This document shows positions 28,134 to 38,226 of a DNA stretch of 64,000 nt, piece after piece. The stretch is from Blastocatellia bacterium (lineage in GTDB: Bacteria > Acidobacteriota > Blastocatellia > UBA7656). The stretch spans positions 32,001 to 96,000 of the forward strand of contig CAVXWP010000009.1 of assembly GCA_963765495.1 (NCBI GenBank), read 5' to 3'. The notes beneath the pieces were generated by a model that was not told the origin of the DNA, did not search any database, and was given only the letters and a program-made list of their open reading frames with translations. The translations under genes were made by a program, and so were the position numbers. Position 1 is the stretch's first letter. Each line of letters starts with the position of its first letter.

Positions 28134-29024
28134 ATGCTTGAGATTGCGAATTTGAGAGGATGCGGGACGGCTCTTGTAACACCGTTCAAGGAAGATTTAT
28201 CTATTGACGAGGAGGCATTGCGCCGCCTTGTCGAGTTCCAGATTACAGAGGGCATAGATTTTCTGGTCCCCTGCGGCACTACCGGCGAAAGCGCCACGAT
28301 GAGCGATGAGGAACAACGCCGCGTGGTCGAGATAGTATTGCAGGAGGCTCGCGGACGCGTGCAGGTCATCGCCGGAGCGGGCGGCAATAATACGGCTCAC
28401 GTCATAGAGCTTGCCAGAGAGTATGAGCGATTGGGTGTGCGCGGGCTGCTTTCGGTTTCGCCTTATTACAACAAACCGAATCAGGAAGGCGTCTATCAGC
28501 ACTTTCGCGCCGTAGCCGAAGCCACCGACTTGCCCGTTATTGTTTACAATGTGCCGCCGCGAACCTCGGTCAACATACTGCCCGATACCCTTCTGCGGCT
28601 GGCCGAGATCGCAAACATCGTCGGAGTCAAGGAGGCATCGGGCGACATATCGCAGATCGCCGAGATCGCCACCCGCGCACCCGAGGGGTTCAAGATACTT
28701 TCAGGTGACGATTCGATCACCCTGCCTTTGATGGCGCTCGGCGGGGCGGGAGTGATATCGGTCGCATCAAATCAAGCGCCCCGCCAGATAACGGCGCTCA
28801 CAAGAGCATGTCTTGAAAATGACTGGGACGAGGCGCGGAGGCTTAACCGGGAATTATTCCCGTTGATGAAGGCAAACTTCATCGAACCAAATCCCGGCCC
28901 GGTCAAGGCGGGGCTTGCCCTGATGGGCAGGATCAAAGAGGTCTATCGCCTGCCGATGGTTCCGGTTCAGGCCGAAACAAAAGAGAGACTGCGCTCAATT
29001 CTGGTTGATCTGAAACTGGTCTGA
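28134..29024 (+). CDS. dapA: 4-hydroxy-tetrahydrodipicolinate synthase
   Basis: ALVTPF, GTTGES, PYYNKP, YNVPPRT, GVKEASG, SGDD. Confidence 0.95.
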   Translation: MLEIANLRGCGTALVTPFKEDLSIDEEALRRLVEFQITEGIDFLVPCGTTGESATMSDEEQRRVVEIVLQEARGRVQVIAGAGGNNTAHVIELAREYERLGVRGLLSVSPYYNKPNQEGVYQHFRAVAEATDLPVIVYNVPPRTSVNILPDTLLRLAEIANIVGVKEASGDISQIAEIATRAPEGFKILSGDDSITLPLMALGGAGVISVASNQAPRQITALTRACLENDWDEARRLNRELFPLMKANFIEPNPGPVKAGLALMGRIKEVYRLPMVPVQAETKERLRSILVDLKLV

Positions 29025-29111
29025 TCAGGATTAAATCCGAAACCGTTGCCTGCTCTGCGCCTTTAACAGAGCCTGGCGCTCATAAAATGGTGTCCATAAA
29101 GAAGACGTCCG

Positions 29112-29951
29112 ATGGAGAATATGGAGTTAGCCGAAAAAATCAAAGAGCTTTTTGACAGCGGGGCCGATGAATTTACGGATGAGCATTACCGCCTGTTTGA
29201 TGAATTCAAACAGAAGCTCAATCGGGGCGAGGCGCGAGCGGCGGAAAAAGTTGACGGCCGATGGAGAGTGAATCGCTGGGTCAAACAGGGAATCCTTCTC
29301 GGATTTCGCCTTGGGCGCGTCGAGAATTTTTCTACCGGCTTTCAGTTCCGCTACTACGACAAGCACACATTTCCGCTCAAGCGCATCTCAATCAACGACG
29401 GCGTGCGAATCGTTCCGGGCGGGTCTTCAATCCGCGACGGCTGCTATATAGGGCGCGGCGTCACCTGCATGCCGCCGATGTTTGTAAACGCAGGCGCATA
29501 CGTTGACGACGAAACGATGATTGATTCGCACGCGCTGGTAGGTTCATGCGCGCAGGTGGGAAAGCGGGTCCATTTATCTGCTGCCGCGCAAATAGGCGGC
29601 GTGCTTGAGCCCATAGGCGAGATGCCCGTAATAATCGAAGACGATGTGCTGGTGGGCGGCAATTGCGGGGTGTATGAGGGCGCTATCGTGCGCGAACGCG
29701 CCGTGCTTGCGGCGGGCACGATACTGACGGGCGGCACTCCGGTCTACGATCTGGCGCGCGATCAGGTCTATCGCAAGACCGCCGACCAGCCGCTTGAAAT
29801 CCCGGCGGGCGCGGTCGTAGTTCCCGGCTCACGCGCCATCACCAAAGGCCGGGGCGCTGAACTCGGCCTTTCCGTCTACACGCCCATCATTATCAAGTAC
29901 CGGGATGAGAAGACCGATCAATCGGTCCAGCTTGAAGATTATTTAAGATAG
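29112..29951 (+). CDS. dapD: Tetrahydrodipicolinate N-succinyltransferase
   Basis: WVKQGILLGF, RIVPGG, VGSCAQVGKRVHLS, IGGVLEP hexapeptide repeats. Confidence 0.93.
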   Translation: MENMELAEKIKELFDSGADEFTDEHYRLFDEFKQKLNRGEARAAEKVDGRWRVNRWVKQGILLGFRLGRVENFSTGFQFRYYDKHTFPLKRISINDGVRIVPGGSSIRDGCYIGRGVTCMPPMFVNAGAYVDDETMIDSHALVGSCAQVGKRVHLSAAAQIGGVLEPIGEMPVIIEDDVLVGGNCGVYEGAIVRERAVLAAGTILTGGTPVYDLARDQVYRKTADQPLEIPAGAVVVPGSRAITKGRGAELGLSVYTPIIIKYRDEKTDQSVQLEDYLR

Positions 29952-30080
29952 AGGCAAACCCGAGCCGATAGCGACTGGTCTGTTCGAATTTGAATGGTTG
30001 GGAAGACGGCGGATTTCCAGAGATCAGATTCCTCTCGACTCCAGGACTACCGACCCCCGGCCCCCGACCCCTGGCCCCCG

Positions 30081-31736
30081 CTACTGCCTATCTGCTCTTG
30101 CGCGCTGCGCGTTGTCGGCCAGCATACGGGCCTGATCGAGCGAGTCGAGCGCCTTGAGCATCTGAACATCATCGGATAACAGATAAACCTGATCGCCCGC
30201 TTCCGGGCCGTAGGCGGCAGTGACGATCTCGCGCCGTATCTGGGAACGAATGTAATTCAGATTAGCCGTAAATTGCTCGTCGGTGACATTGAATTGCGGG
30301 CGGGTTGAAATATGCTGCCGGAAGGCCGCTAACATCTCTTCGGTCACGGGATAGCGATTGAGGTCTTCCTCAGTAGGCTGTGGATTATTCGATGTCTCGG
30401 AGATGCGATACTGACGCATCCCGGCTATCTGCCCCTGGACAAGCTGGCGCACGAAATCGAAGGCTCCGTAAAAGAGCTTGCGCCGCACAACTCCGGTCTC
30501 GGGCGATTTCACTTCAATATCGGGAGTAATGCCGCCACCACCATAAACCGTGCGTCCGAGGTCGGTCTGAAGCGCGTCTCCGTGTGGCGCGCTCTTGATA
30601 CCTTCTTCGTCTTCGGTCCGGTTGTTGTAATAATCGTAGAAGCTGACCTTTGAATAATCGCGTTGAATCAGGCGTCCGGTCGGCGTGTAATACTTCGCAG
30701 TCGTAAGCGTAAGTCCCGCGCCTCCCCACAACCGGATGACGCTTTGCACAAGCCCTTTTCCAAAGCTGTTTTCGCCCACTATCAGGGCACGGTCGTGGTC
30801 CTGTAGCGCGCCCACTACGATCTCGGATGCCGAAGCGGTCCCGCGATTTATCAACAGAACCATAGGCATCGTTTCAGGTTCGTTGTTTAAGGGCACTTCA
30901 TATGTGCGCTCGCCGCGCGAATCGCGCCCGCGCTGGTCGAGTATCTTCAAACCCGGGGCCAGAAACTTCTGCGCTACCTCGATGGCCTGATCGAGCAAAC
31001 CGCCCACGTTGCCGCGAAGGTCGAGTACGAGTTGCCGCATTCCTTCTTTATTCAACTGATCGAGCGCTGCTGTCAGTTCTTCCGAAGTCTTGCTGGAAAA
31101 ACCGCCTGTGAGCGCAATATACCCGATGCCGGTCTTTCCCACCATGAATGCGTTTCTGACCGAAGGCAATCTCACTTCGTCGCGGCGAAGCGGGACGATG
31201 ATGGGGTTTGGCGCGCCCGCCCGCTGAACCGTCAGTTCGACAACTTCGCCAAGCTCGCCGCGCACGCGATGCATCACCTGATCGGCCGTCCACTCTTCGG
31301 CATTCTGGCCGTCAACAGCCACCACGGCATCGCCGTAACGCAGACCCGCCTTCGCAGCCGGACCTTCGGGCACCACCGAAATTATATAGACCCGATCATA
31401 GCGTTTTTGAATCGTCACCCCGATGCCGTAGATTCGGCTTCGGGTCTCGGTTTGAAGATCGTCGAATTCCGCTTTTGTGAAGAAAGCCGAATGCGGGTCG
31501 AGCGTGGAAAGCATCCCCTGTATCGAGTTCTTGCCCAATATCTCAAGGTCAGCCTTCCCGGCGTAGTTGTCCTGAACCGCGTTGAGCGCCTCTTCAAACT
31601 CTCTGGACAGATCATAAGGGACTATGGATTCGGTCGCGGTCGCATGATTTGCGCGCGAGGATTCGTAATAGCCGCCCGCAAGCGATGCTGCCGCGATTAC
31701 AGCAACCATAAATAGCAGCATCACCCTGTTTTTCAT
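30081..31736 (-). CDS. S41-family C-terminal processing protease
   Basis: LDPHS, PDZ domain, LDLRGNVGGLL, TASASEIV, FGKGLVQ. Confidence 0.93.
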   Translation of the reverse strand: MKNRVMLLFMVAVIAAASLAGGYYESSRANHATATESIVPYDLSREFEEALNAVQDNYAGKADLEILGKNSIQGMLSTLDPHSAFFTKAEFDDLQTETRSRIYGIGVTIQKRYDRVYIISVVPEGPAAKAGLRYGDAVVAVDGQNAEEWTADQVMHRVRGELGEVVELTVQRAGAPNPIIVPLRRDEVRLPSVRNAFMVGKTGIGYIALTGGFSSKTSEELTAALDQLNKEGMRQLVLDLRGNVGGLLDQAIEVAQKFLAPGLKILDQRGRDSRGERTYEVPLNNEPETMPMVLLINRGTASASEIVVGALQDHDRALIVGENSFGKGLVQSVIRLWGGAGLTLTTAKYYTPTGRLIQRDYSKVSFYDYYNNRTEDEEGIKSAPHGDALQTDLGRTVYGGGGITPDIEVKSPETGVVRRKLFYGAFDFVRQLVQGQIAGMRQYRISETSNNPQPTEEDLNRYPVTEEMLAAFRQHISTRPQFNVTDEQFTANLNYIRSQIRREIVTAAYGPEAGDQVYLLSDDVQMLKALDSLDQARMLADNAQRARADRQ

Positions 31737-31844
31737 AAACCCTGACTCCTTACAATTGAGCATAATATAAAAGGCGAACCCACGTCAAAAGGCTGGCGCG
31801 CAGGCCGCGCCACATAGATAATCGATTATCGAGGCGAAGACTAT

Positions 31845-33005
31845 ATGACTGAGACTGCGGATGTGGTAATCATTGGCGGAGGCATTGTCGGATCGAGCAT
31901 TGCCTATCACCTGACAGAGGCGGGCTGCGCCCGCGTTGTAGTACTTGAACGCGAGTCGCAACAGGGACTCTGCTCCACGGGCAAAAGCGCGGGCGGGGTG
32001 CGGGCGCAATTCTCTACCCCGATCAATGTGCAGATGTCGCTCTACTCGATTGATTTCTTCAATCATTTCGAAGAGATGACCGGCGACGACGCGAGCTACA
32101 AACCTCACGGCTATCTTTTCATAGCCACAACCGAGCCCCATCTGGACTACCTCAAGGCAAACCGCAAACGCCAGCAAGGGCTGGGGCTTACAAATGTAGA
32201 ATTGCTTTCGCGTGAAGATGTGCTCGAAATCATCCCGCAATTATCGGGCGAGGATGTGTTGGGGGCTACTTTCTGCCCGACGGATGGTTTCGTCGATCCT
32301 TACATTATCATGCGCGGATTTATGACCTGCGCGCGCAATCGAGGCGCAAAAATCCATCTCGATACCGAAGTGATCGGAATCGATCTGGAAGGAGACCGCG
32401 TAAAAGGGGTCACAACCAGTCGCGGGCGCATCTCGACAGGCGTCGTCGTCAACGCGGCAGGCCCGTGGGCGGCTCTGGTCGCCCGACTTGCAGGCATAGA
32501 GATTCCCGTATCTCCGCTTCGCCGCCAGATCGTCAACACCGAAGCCTTTGACCTTCTGCCCGCCCGCCTGCCTATGGTCGTTGATATGTCGAGCGGTTTT
32601 CATTTCAGACCCGAAGGCTCGGGCTACATGATGGCGTGGCCCGACCCGGAAGAGAATTTCAGCTTCAATACGGGTTTCGATCAGGAGTTTATTGAAAAAG
32701 TGCTCGTGCGAGCCGTCAAGCGAATACCGTGCTTTGCCGAGGCCGAAGTGAATCCGCGACGCTGCTGGGCCGGATTGTATGAGATGACGCCCGATCATCA
32801 CGCAATCATTGGCCCCGCCCCGGGAGTGGAAGGATTGTATCTGGCAAACGGGTTTAGCGGGCATGGCGTTATGCATTCACCAGCCACGGGCCGCATAATC
32901 TCTGATTTGATTATGAGCAAAGAAACGCGCCTGCTCGACGCTACACCGCTTGGAGCCGAAAGATTCGCCGAAGGCCGATTGTTGCACGAGACGGCCGTGC
33001 TCTGA
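31845..33005 (+). CDS. FAD-dependent oxidoreductase (sarcosine oxidase beta/DAO family)
   Basis: [36 protein letters not shown]. Confidence 0.9.
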   Translation: MTETADVVIIGGGIVGSSIAYHLTEAGCARVVVLERESQQGLCSTGKSAGGVRAQFSTPINVQMSLYSIDFFNHFEEMTGDDASYKPHGYLFIATTEPHLDYLKANRKRQQGLGLTNVELLSREDVLEIIPQLSGEDVLGATFCPTDGFVDPYIIMRGFMTCARNRGAKIHLDTEVIGIDLEGDRVKGVTTSRGRISTGVVVNAAGPWAALVARLAGIEIPVSPLRRQIVNTEAFDLLPARLPMVVDMSSGFHFRPEGSGYMMAWPDPEENFSFNTGFDQEFIEKVLVRAVKRIPCFAEAEVNPRRCWAGLYEMTPDHHAIIGPAPGVEGLYLANGFSGHGVMHSPATGRIISDLIMSKETRLLDATPLGAERFAEGRLLHETAVL

Positions 33006-33191
33006 GATTTGAGATCTCAGAGCACATCTGATGTCTGATACTTGCAGGCAGGTCCGAACCCCTTCGAGACACTGGATTTAGTCAACAGGCGTTGAAAGAG
33101 GCGCGCTTGACTTAAATTACCAAAGAGCCTACCCTTTTTAGACCGTGCCCGGCTATAATTGGGTTCATTTCTTAGTAAGGAGAATAACCAT

Positions 33192-36100
33192 ATGAAGTTC
33201 ATGAAGACGCTCACTCTAGTCTTAATTCTCGCGCTAAACGTCAGGGTGGATGCGGTTTTTGCACAGGCATCAGTCTCAACGGCGGAAGTGCGCGGTCAGG
33301 TCACAGATGCGTCGGGCGCTGTGATTGCCGGAGCTACGGTTTCGGTCACCGATGTGGGGAAAGGCACTACCCGCACGGTCACGACCGATGAGGGCGGCAG
33401 CTATAGTATTCTCGCTCTGCTTCCAGCCACATACAATATGAAGGTCGAGGCTAGCGGCTTCGCAACCAAAACCTTGTCTAATCTGACGCTCGATGTAGGC
33501 CAGGTAGCGAGAATCCCCGTCGTGATGACGGTCGAAGGCGTGACGGCCGAAGTCAACATAACGGCGACCAGCGACGTGGTCGAAGTAGAACGGACTCAGC
33601 AATCTTCGGTCATCAACGAAGTGCAGATAGATAATCTGCCGATCAACCGGCGGAATTTTCTCGATTTCGTGTTGTTGACTCCGGGCGTAACCGATTCGGA
33701 CAACATAAACGATTCTTCGGATTTCCGCGTAGCCCAGACGCCGCAAACGGGGCTCTCCTTTGGCGGCAACAACGGACGGGGAAACTCGATCATGGTTGAC
33801 GGCGCGGCGGCCGACACAAACTCCGGCGCGGCGCGTGAGGTCGTAGCGCAGGAGGGAGTGCAGGAGTTTCAGGTCAATCGCAACAGCTACAACGCGGAAT
33901 ACGGCGGCGCATCGGGCGGCGTGGTCAACATAGTCTCCAAGACCGGCTCGAATGAGTATCACGGCAGCATCTTCGGGTATTTCCGCGACGATACATTCGA
34001 TGCGCGCAATGCATTTGACTTCAATCCCAACGGTATATCGCCGTTCAACCGCCAGCAATTCGGCGGATCAATCGGCGGCCCGCTGAGCCAGGACAAGACA
34101 TTTTTCTTCGGCTCTCTCGAAGCGTTGAAGCAAAAGCAAACCAGTTTTGTGAATCTGGTCAATGATCCGACCATATTCGATATAACTCCGTCGCAGGATA
34201 CGCTCTTTGACTTCCTCGACAACACGCCGTTTGCGGCCCTGTCGGCAGGTCTCAGAGGCGCGCTGAACACGCGGAATTTTCCGGGAACGGTTCAACTGTT
34301 TCAGGATGCCAGCGGGCAGTTTCCCTTCGACTCTTATGACACGGTAGGCTCGTTCCGCGTAGATCATACATTCAGCCAGACCGATAGCGGGTATCTTCGT
34401 TTCAACTTCAACAAGTCGAAGTTTGATAATCAGGCGGCCGGAGCGCTGACGGCCGTTTCGCGAGGGCGTGAAATAGCGACGTTTTCTACGGGGCTGTTAT
34501 TGTCCGAGACTCACCTTTTCAGCCCCACGACTATAAACGAGATAAAAGCGCAGGCTAGCTATCTGAAAAACGACGTGTTGCCCAACGACACCGTAGGGCC
34601 GGAATTCAACATAGAAGGATTCGGCAATTTCGGGCGCGACATATTCCTGCCTTCGCGCGCCATCGAGCGCCGCTATGAGATCAGCGATAATTTTTCAAAA
34701 GTGTTGGGCGCTCACACCTTCAAGTTTGGAGGCCAGTTTCAGGCCATAGACAACTCTTCAAACTCTCAGACTTTCTTCGGCGGGCGGTTCAATTTCGGGA
34801 CCGCGTTGCCGCTGGGGCTGCTGATCCCGGCAAGCGTTCAGGCGCAATTGATACCGTTTCTGACCGCGCAGGGCCGCACCGATCTGCTCGGAATAATCGG
34901 CTCGCCGATCACCGCGCTTCAATCGTTCAATCTGAATCTGCCTATAGTCTATCAGCAGGGCTTTGGCGAGTCGGGATTCGATGCCTTCAGCTATCGCTAT
35001 GCCGCCTACGGGCAGGATACCTGGAAAGTGCGTCCCAACTTTACCTTCAATTTCGGATTGCGTTATTTCCTTGAAGATGATGTCGCGCCTTTCGAGACAG
35101 ACACCAATAATTTTCAACCGCGCGTCGGTTTTGCCTGGGACCCCTGGTCGGATGGGAAGACCGCTATTCGCGGCGGGTTTGGAATATTCACCGGGCAGAT
35201 TGACAACCAGATCGTCAACGTGGTCAACGAGCTTAGCGGGTCAGGCGATCCGAGCAACATAAATATCGTTCTTGCCACCGCCACATCAAACGCCTTAGGT
35301 CTTCCCACCTCGTTTGCGATTTACCAGACGTTGCTCGCGCAGGGAGTGATAGGCCACCGCACGATAGAGGCTTCCGATCTTTTGCAGTTCGGACTTGTGC
35401 CGGGGCCGGGCAAACCTCTTGAGGTTCGTTTCCGCGCAGGCGACAACTATGAAAACCCCTACACCGAGCAGGCGAGCCTTGCCGTACAGCGCGACCTCGG
35501 CGGAGGATTTTCAACCGAAGTGAGTTATCTGTTCAACCGGGGGCTGCACATCACGCGCAACCGCGATGTGAATCAGTTCAAGATGACCGGGCCAATCAAT
35601 CCGTTATCGGGCACAGGGTCGTTTATCCGCTTCCCGTCCGCTGCACAGGCTGCGGCAGGCCTCACAAGCGACTTCCGCAACCCGCTCATACTTCAGGACA
35701 ACCGTTACGAATCGACCGCGAGTTCCTTCTATCACGCGGGCACGATTCAAGTGACCAAGCGGTTCTCAAACCGTTACAGCATAAACACAAACTACACCTA
35801 CTCGAAGACGATAGACGAAGTGACGGATTTCAACAGCGACTTTTCGGCGCAGAATCCGCTGGATTTCAGGGCCGACCGGTCGCTTTCGGCCTTCGATCAG
35901 AGGCACAGGTTTGTCTTCAGCGGCGTGTTTCAAAGCCCGCTTGAAGGCGATTCGGCCCTGGACAAAATCTTTGGCGAATGGGTCTTTTCGCCGATCTTCA
36001 TAGCCGGAAGCGGCAGGCCCTTCAACCTGCTGCTCGGCTCCGACGCAAACGCCGACGGGCGCTCGCAAAGCGACCGGCCCTGCGTACGCGAAAGCTCCAC

Positions 36101-36407
36101 CGCCCCGTGCAACCCCGGCTCAAACATCGGGCGCAACACGGGCCGGGGCGAGCCTGTCTATACCGTGGATGTACGGCTTGGCAGACGCTTCTTCAGCCGC
36201 GAGAGGCGGTTCCTTGAGTTGACCGTTGAAGCCTTCAACCTGTTCAACCGGACCAATTTCAACGGCATCAACAATGTAGTGGGAACCACGCCGATCACCA
36301 CCGGGAACCCGCGCGGCATCGAAGGTCTTTTCCCAACGCGACCGCTGGCCTTCACATCGGCTGCGCCTGCGCGTCAGTTGCAATTCGGGGCGCGATTCAA
36401 CTTTTAA
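33192..36407 (+). CDS. Oar-like TonB-dependent receptor with carboxypeptidase regulatory-like domain
   Basis: Signal peptide, [25 protein letters not shown]...AEYG, QDTWK, C-terminal [11 protein letters not shown]. Confidence 0.92.
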   Translation: MKFMKTLTLVLILALNVRVDAVFAQASVSTAEVRGQVTDASGAVIAGATVSVTDVGKGTTRTVTTDEGGSYSILALLPATYNMKVEASGFATKTLSNLTLDVGQVARIPVVMTVEGVTAEVNITATSDVVEVERTQQSSVINEVQIDNLPINRRNFLDFVLLTPGVTDSDNINDSSDFRVAQTPQTGLSFGGNNGRGNSIMVDGAAADTNSGAAREVVAQEGVQEFQVNRNSYNAEYGGASGGVVNIVSKTGSNEYHGSIFGYFRDDTFDARNAFDFNPNGISPFNRQQFGGSIGGPLSQDKTFFFGSLEALKQKQTSFVNLVNDPTIFDITPSQDTLFDFLDNTPFAALSAGLRGALNTRNFPGTVQLFQDASGQFPFDSYDTVGSFRVDHTFSQTDSGYLRFNFNKSKFDNQAAGALTAVSRGREIATFSTGLLLSETHLFSPTTINEIKAQASYLKNDVLPNDTVGPEFNIEGFGNFGRDIFLPSRAIERRYEISDNFSKVLGAHTFKFGGQFQAIDNSSNSQTFFGGRFNFGTALPLGLLIPASVQAQLIPFLTAQGRTDLLGIIGSPITALQSFNLNLPIVYQQGFGESGFDAFSYRYAAYGQDTWKVRPNFTFNFGLRYFLEDDVAPFETDTNNFQPRVGFAWDPWSDGKTAIRGGFGIFTGQIDNQIVNVVNELSGSGDPSNINIVLATATSNALGLPTSFAIYQTLLAQGVIGHRTIEASDLLQFGLVPGPGKPLEVRFRAGDNYENPYTEQASLAVQRDLGGGFSTEVSYLFNRGLHITRNRDVNQFKMTGPINPLSGTGSFIRFPSAAQAAAGLTSDFRNPLILQDNRYESTASSFYHAGTIQVTKRFSNRYSINTNYTYSKTIDEVTDFNSDFSAQNPLDFRADRSLSAFDQRHRFVFSGVFQSPLEGDSALDKIFGEWVFSPIFIAGSGRPFNLLLGSDANADGRSQSDRPCVRESSTAPCNPGSNIGRNTGRGEPVYTVDVRLGRRFFSRERRFLELTVEAFNLFNRTNFNGINNVVGTTPITTGNPRGIEGLFPTRPLAFTSAAPARQLQFGARFNF

Positions 36408-36409
36408 AA

Positions 36410-36555
36410 GGGATGAGGGAAGTTTGAAAGGATGAAGGATGAAGGATGAAGGATGAAATCGGATGTCGGGCATCACTCTTTCATAAAGAGTGAACCGTTT
36501 TTATCAGGATTAAACAAAACATGTTTTCATCCTTCATCCTTCATCCTTCATCCTT
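36410..36555. repeat. Palindromic element with (AGGATGA)n / (TCATCCT)n arms
   Basis: 4 + 4 heptamers around a unique core. Confidence 0.88.
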
Positions 36556-36570
36556 CCGAGGATCTGAGAG

Positions 36571-37431
36571 TTGGAGCCTATATCGCATTACTATTATTCT
36601 CACCGGCTGAAGCTGCATTTCTGGGACTGGGGGCAAAACGGGAAGCCTTCACTGATCCTCGTCCACGGAGGGCTGGACCACGCGCGAAACTGGGACTGGG
36701 TGGCGCGCTGCCTGCGCGAAGACTTTCACGTTTACGCGCTGGACCTGCGCGGGCATGGCAATAGCCAGTGGGCACCGGGCGCGCTCTACTCGATAGCCGA
36801 GCACGTGCTCGATCTATCGGCGCTTGCCGACATCATAGACGACTTTCCCCTCTACCTCGTAGGCCATTCGCTTGGCGGCGTCATCGTTTTGCTTTACTCA
36901 GGGATATACCCGGATCGGGTGCGCAAGGTAGTCTCAATCGAAGGGCTTGGGCCGCCGCCCAGACACAGGGTATTCGCCCCGGCATCTGAACGAATGCGCG
37001 GGTGGATCGAAGCTATCAGAAACACCGAGAGGCGCGAGCCTCACAGTTATCCTGATCTGGAAGCGGCGGTAGCGCGGATGAAAGAAGCCAACCCGCATCT
37101 GTCGGACGAGGTGGCTCGGCATCTGACGCTGCACGGAACAAACTGGAATGCGGACGGCTCGCTGATATGGAAGTTCGACAACTATGCCCGCCCGTTTGCG
37201 CCCTACGGTCACAACATGGAAGACCTGGGCGAAATACTGGGGCAGGTAAATTGCCCGACCCTTCTGTTTTGGGGGATGGAAAGCTGGTCCGCAGACCCCG
37301 AGACCGACGGACGCGCGGCGCGGCTCAAGGATTACCGTCTGGTCAAAGTACCCCGCGCGGGCCACTGGCTGCACCACGATCAACTCGATATATTTCTTGA
37401 TGAAACAACCCGCTTTCTCAGAGAGGATTGA
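36571..37431 (+). CDS. Alpha/beta-fold hydrolase
   Basis: LVHGG, DLRGHGNS, GHSLGG, AGHWLHHD. Confidence 0.9.
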   Translation: MEPISHYYYSHRLKLHFWDWGQNGKPSLILVHGGLDHARNWDWVARCLREDFHVYALDLRGHGNSQWAPGALYSIAEHVLDLSALADIIDDFPLYLVGHSLGGVIVLLYSGIYPDRVRKVVSIEGLGPPPRHRVFAPASERMRGWIEAIRNTERREPHSYPDLEAAVARMKEANPHLSDEVARHLTLHGTNWNADGSLIWKFDNYARPFAPYGHNMEDLGEILGQVNCPTLLFWGMESWSADPETDGRAARLKDYRLVKVPRAGHWLHHDQLDIFLDETTRFLRED

Positions 37432-37452
37432 CAGGATTTCTCGTGATCCTGT

Positions 37453-38181
37453 CTAACCGCTCCGGTTTTCTAAAAGGAACTGCAAAGATTGATCGGGACT
37501 GTATTCGACCGCTTCCTTACCTTTCAGGAATATCCGCGTCTGCTTATTGCCCAGCAATTCAATTTTTGAGCCTTCGATCTTCAGGATACTGCCTTCTCTG
37601 AGTCCGACGACATAGACGCCGGGGTTGGCCTCGATGTATTCGAGCAGGCGCTCTTCTCTGGTTTCGCCCTGATGTTGGGGCGTGTGAAAATCGGTGTAAT
37701 GAGGATTGATCTGAAACGGCACAAGGTCAAAAGCGCGGAAGCTGCGCGGCTGAACTATGGGCATGTCATTGGTCGTCGAAATGGTTGGGCAGGCAACATT
37801 CGACCCGGCGCTCCAGCCTATATAAGGCAAGCCGTCTGAGACGCGAGCGCGTATGATTTCAATCAGGTCTCTTTCATAAAGCTCGCGCAAAAGGTGAAAA
37901 GTGTTGCCTCCACCCACGACTATGGCTTCGGCGCGACCGACAGCATCTTTCGGGTCGCCCGCTACGTGAATCGATTCCAGGTCGTATCCCATCTGCTGAA
38001 GCCTGTCGCGCACTCCCGAGGCATAATCGTCAAAAGACATACGCACACCGGCAAAAGGGATAAACAGGATTTTCTTGATTTGTTTGCCCAGAAAGCTTTT
38101 TATCGCGGCCTCCGCGTGCGCCAGATAGCCCTCGCCGTAATTCTTTGAATTGCTCAACAGCAGTAATCTTCTACTCGACAT
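37453..38181 (-). CDS. pepE: Dipeptidase E (S51)
   Basis: LLLLSNS, GGGNTF, GWSAGSN, TTNDMPIV, INPHY, GETREERL. Confidence 0.93.
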   Translation of the reverse strand: MSSRRLLLLSNSKNYGEGYLAHAEAAIKSFLGKQIKKILFIPFAGVRMSFDDYASGVRDRLQQMGYDLESIHVAGDPKDAVGRAEAIVVGGGNTFHLLRELYERDLIEIIRARVSDGLPYIGWSAGSNVACPTISTTNDMPIVQPRSFRAFDLVPFQINPHYTDFHTPQHQGETREERLLEYIEANPGVYVVGLREGSILKIEGSKIELLGNKQTRIFLKGKEAVEYSPDQSLQFLLENRSG

Positions 38182-38226
38182 TGAGCCAATTATAGCCGCA
38201 AAAAGCTGAGAATAGAACGTTATGCG

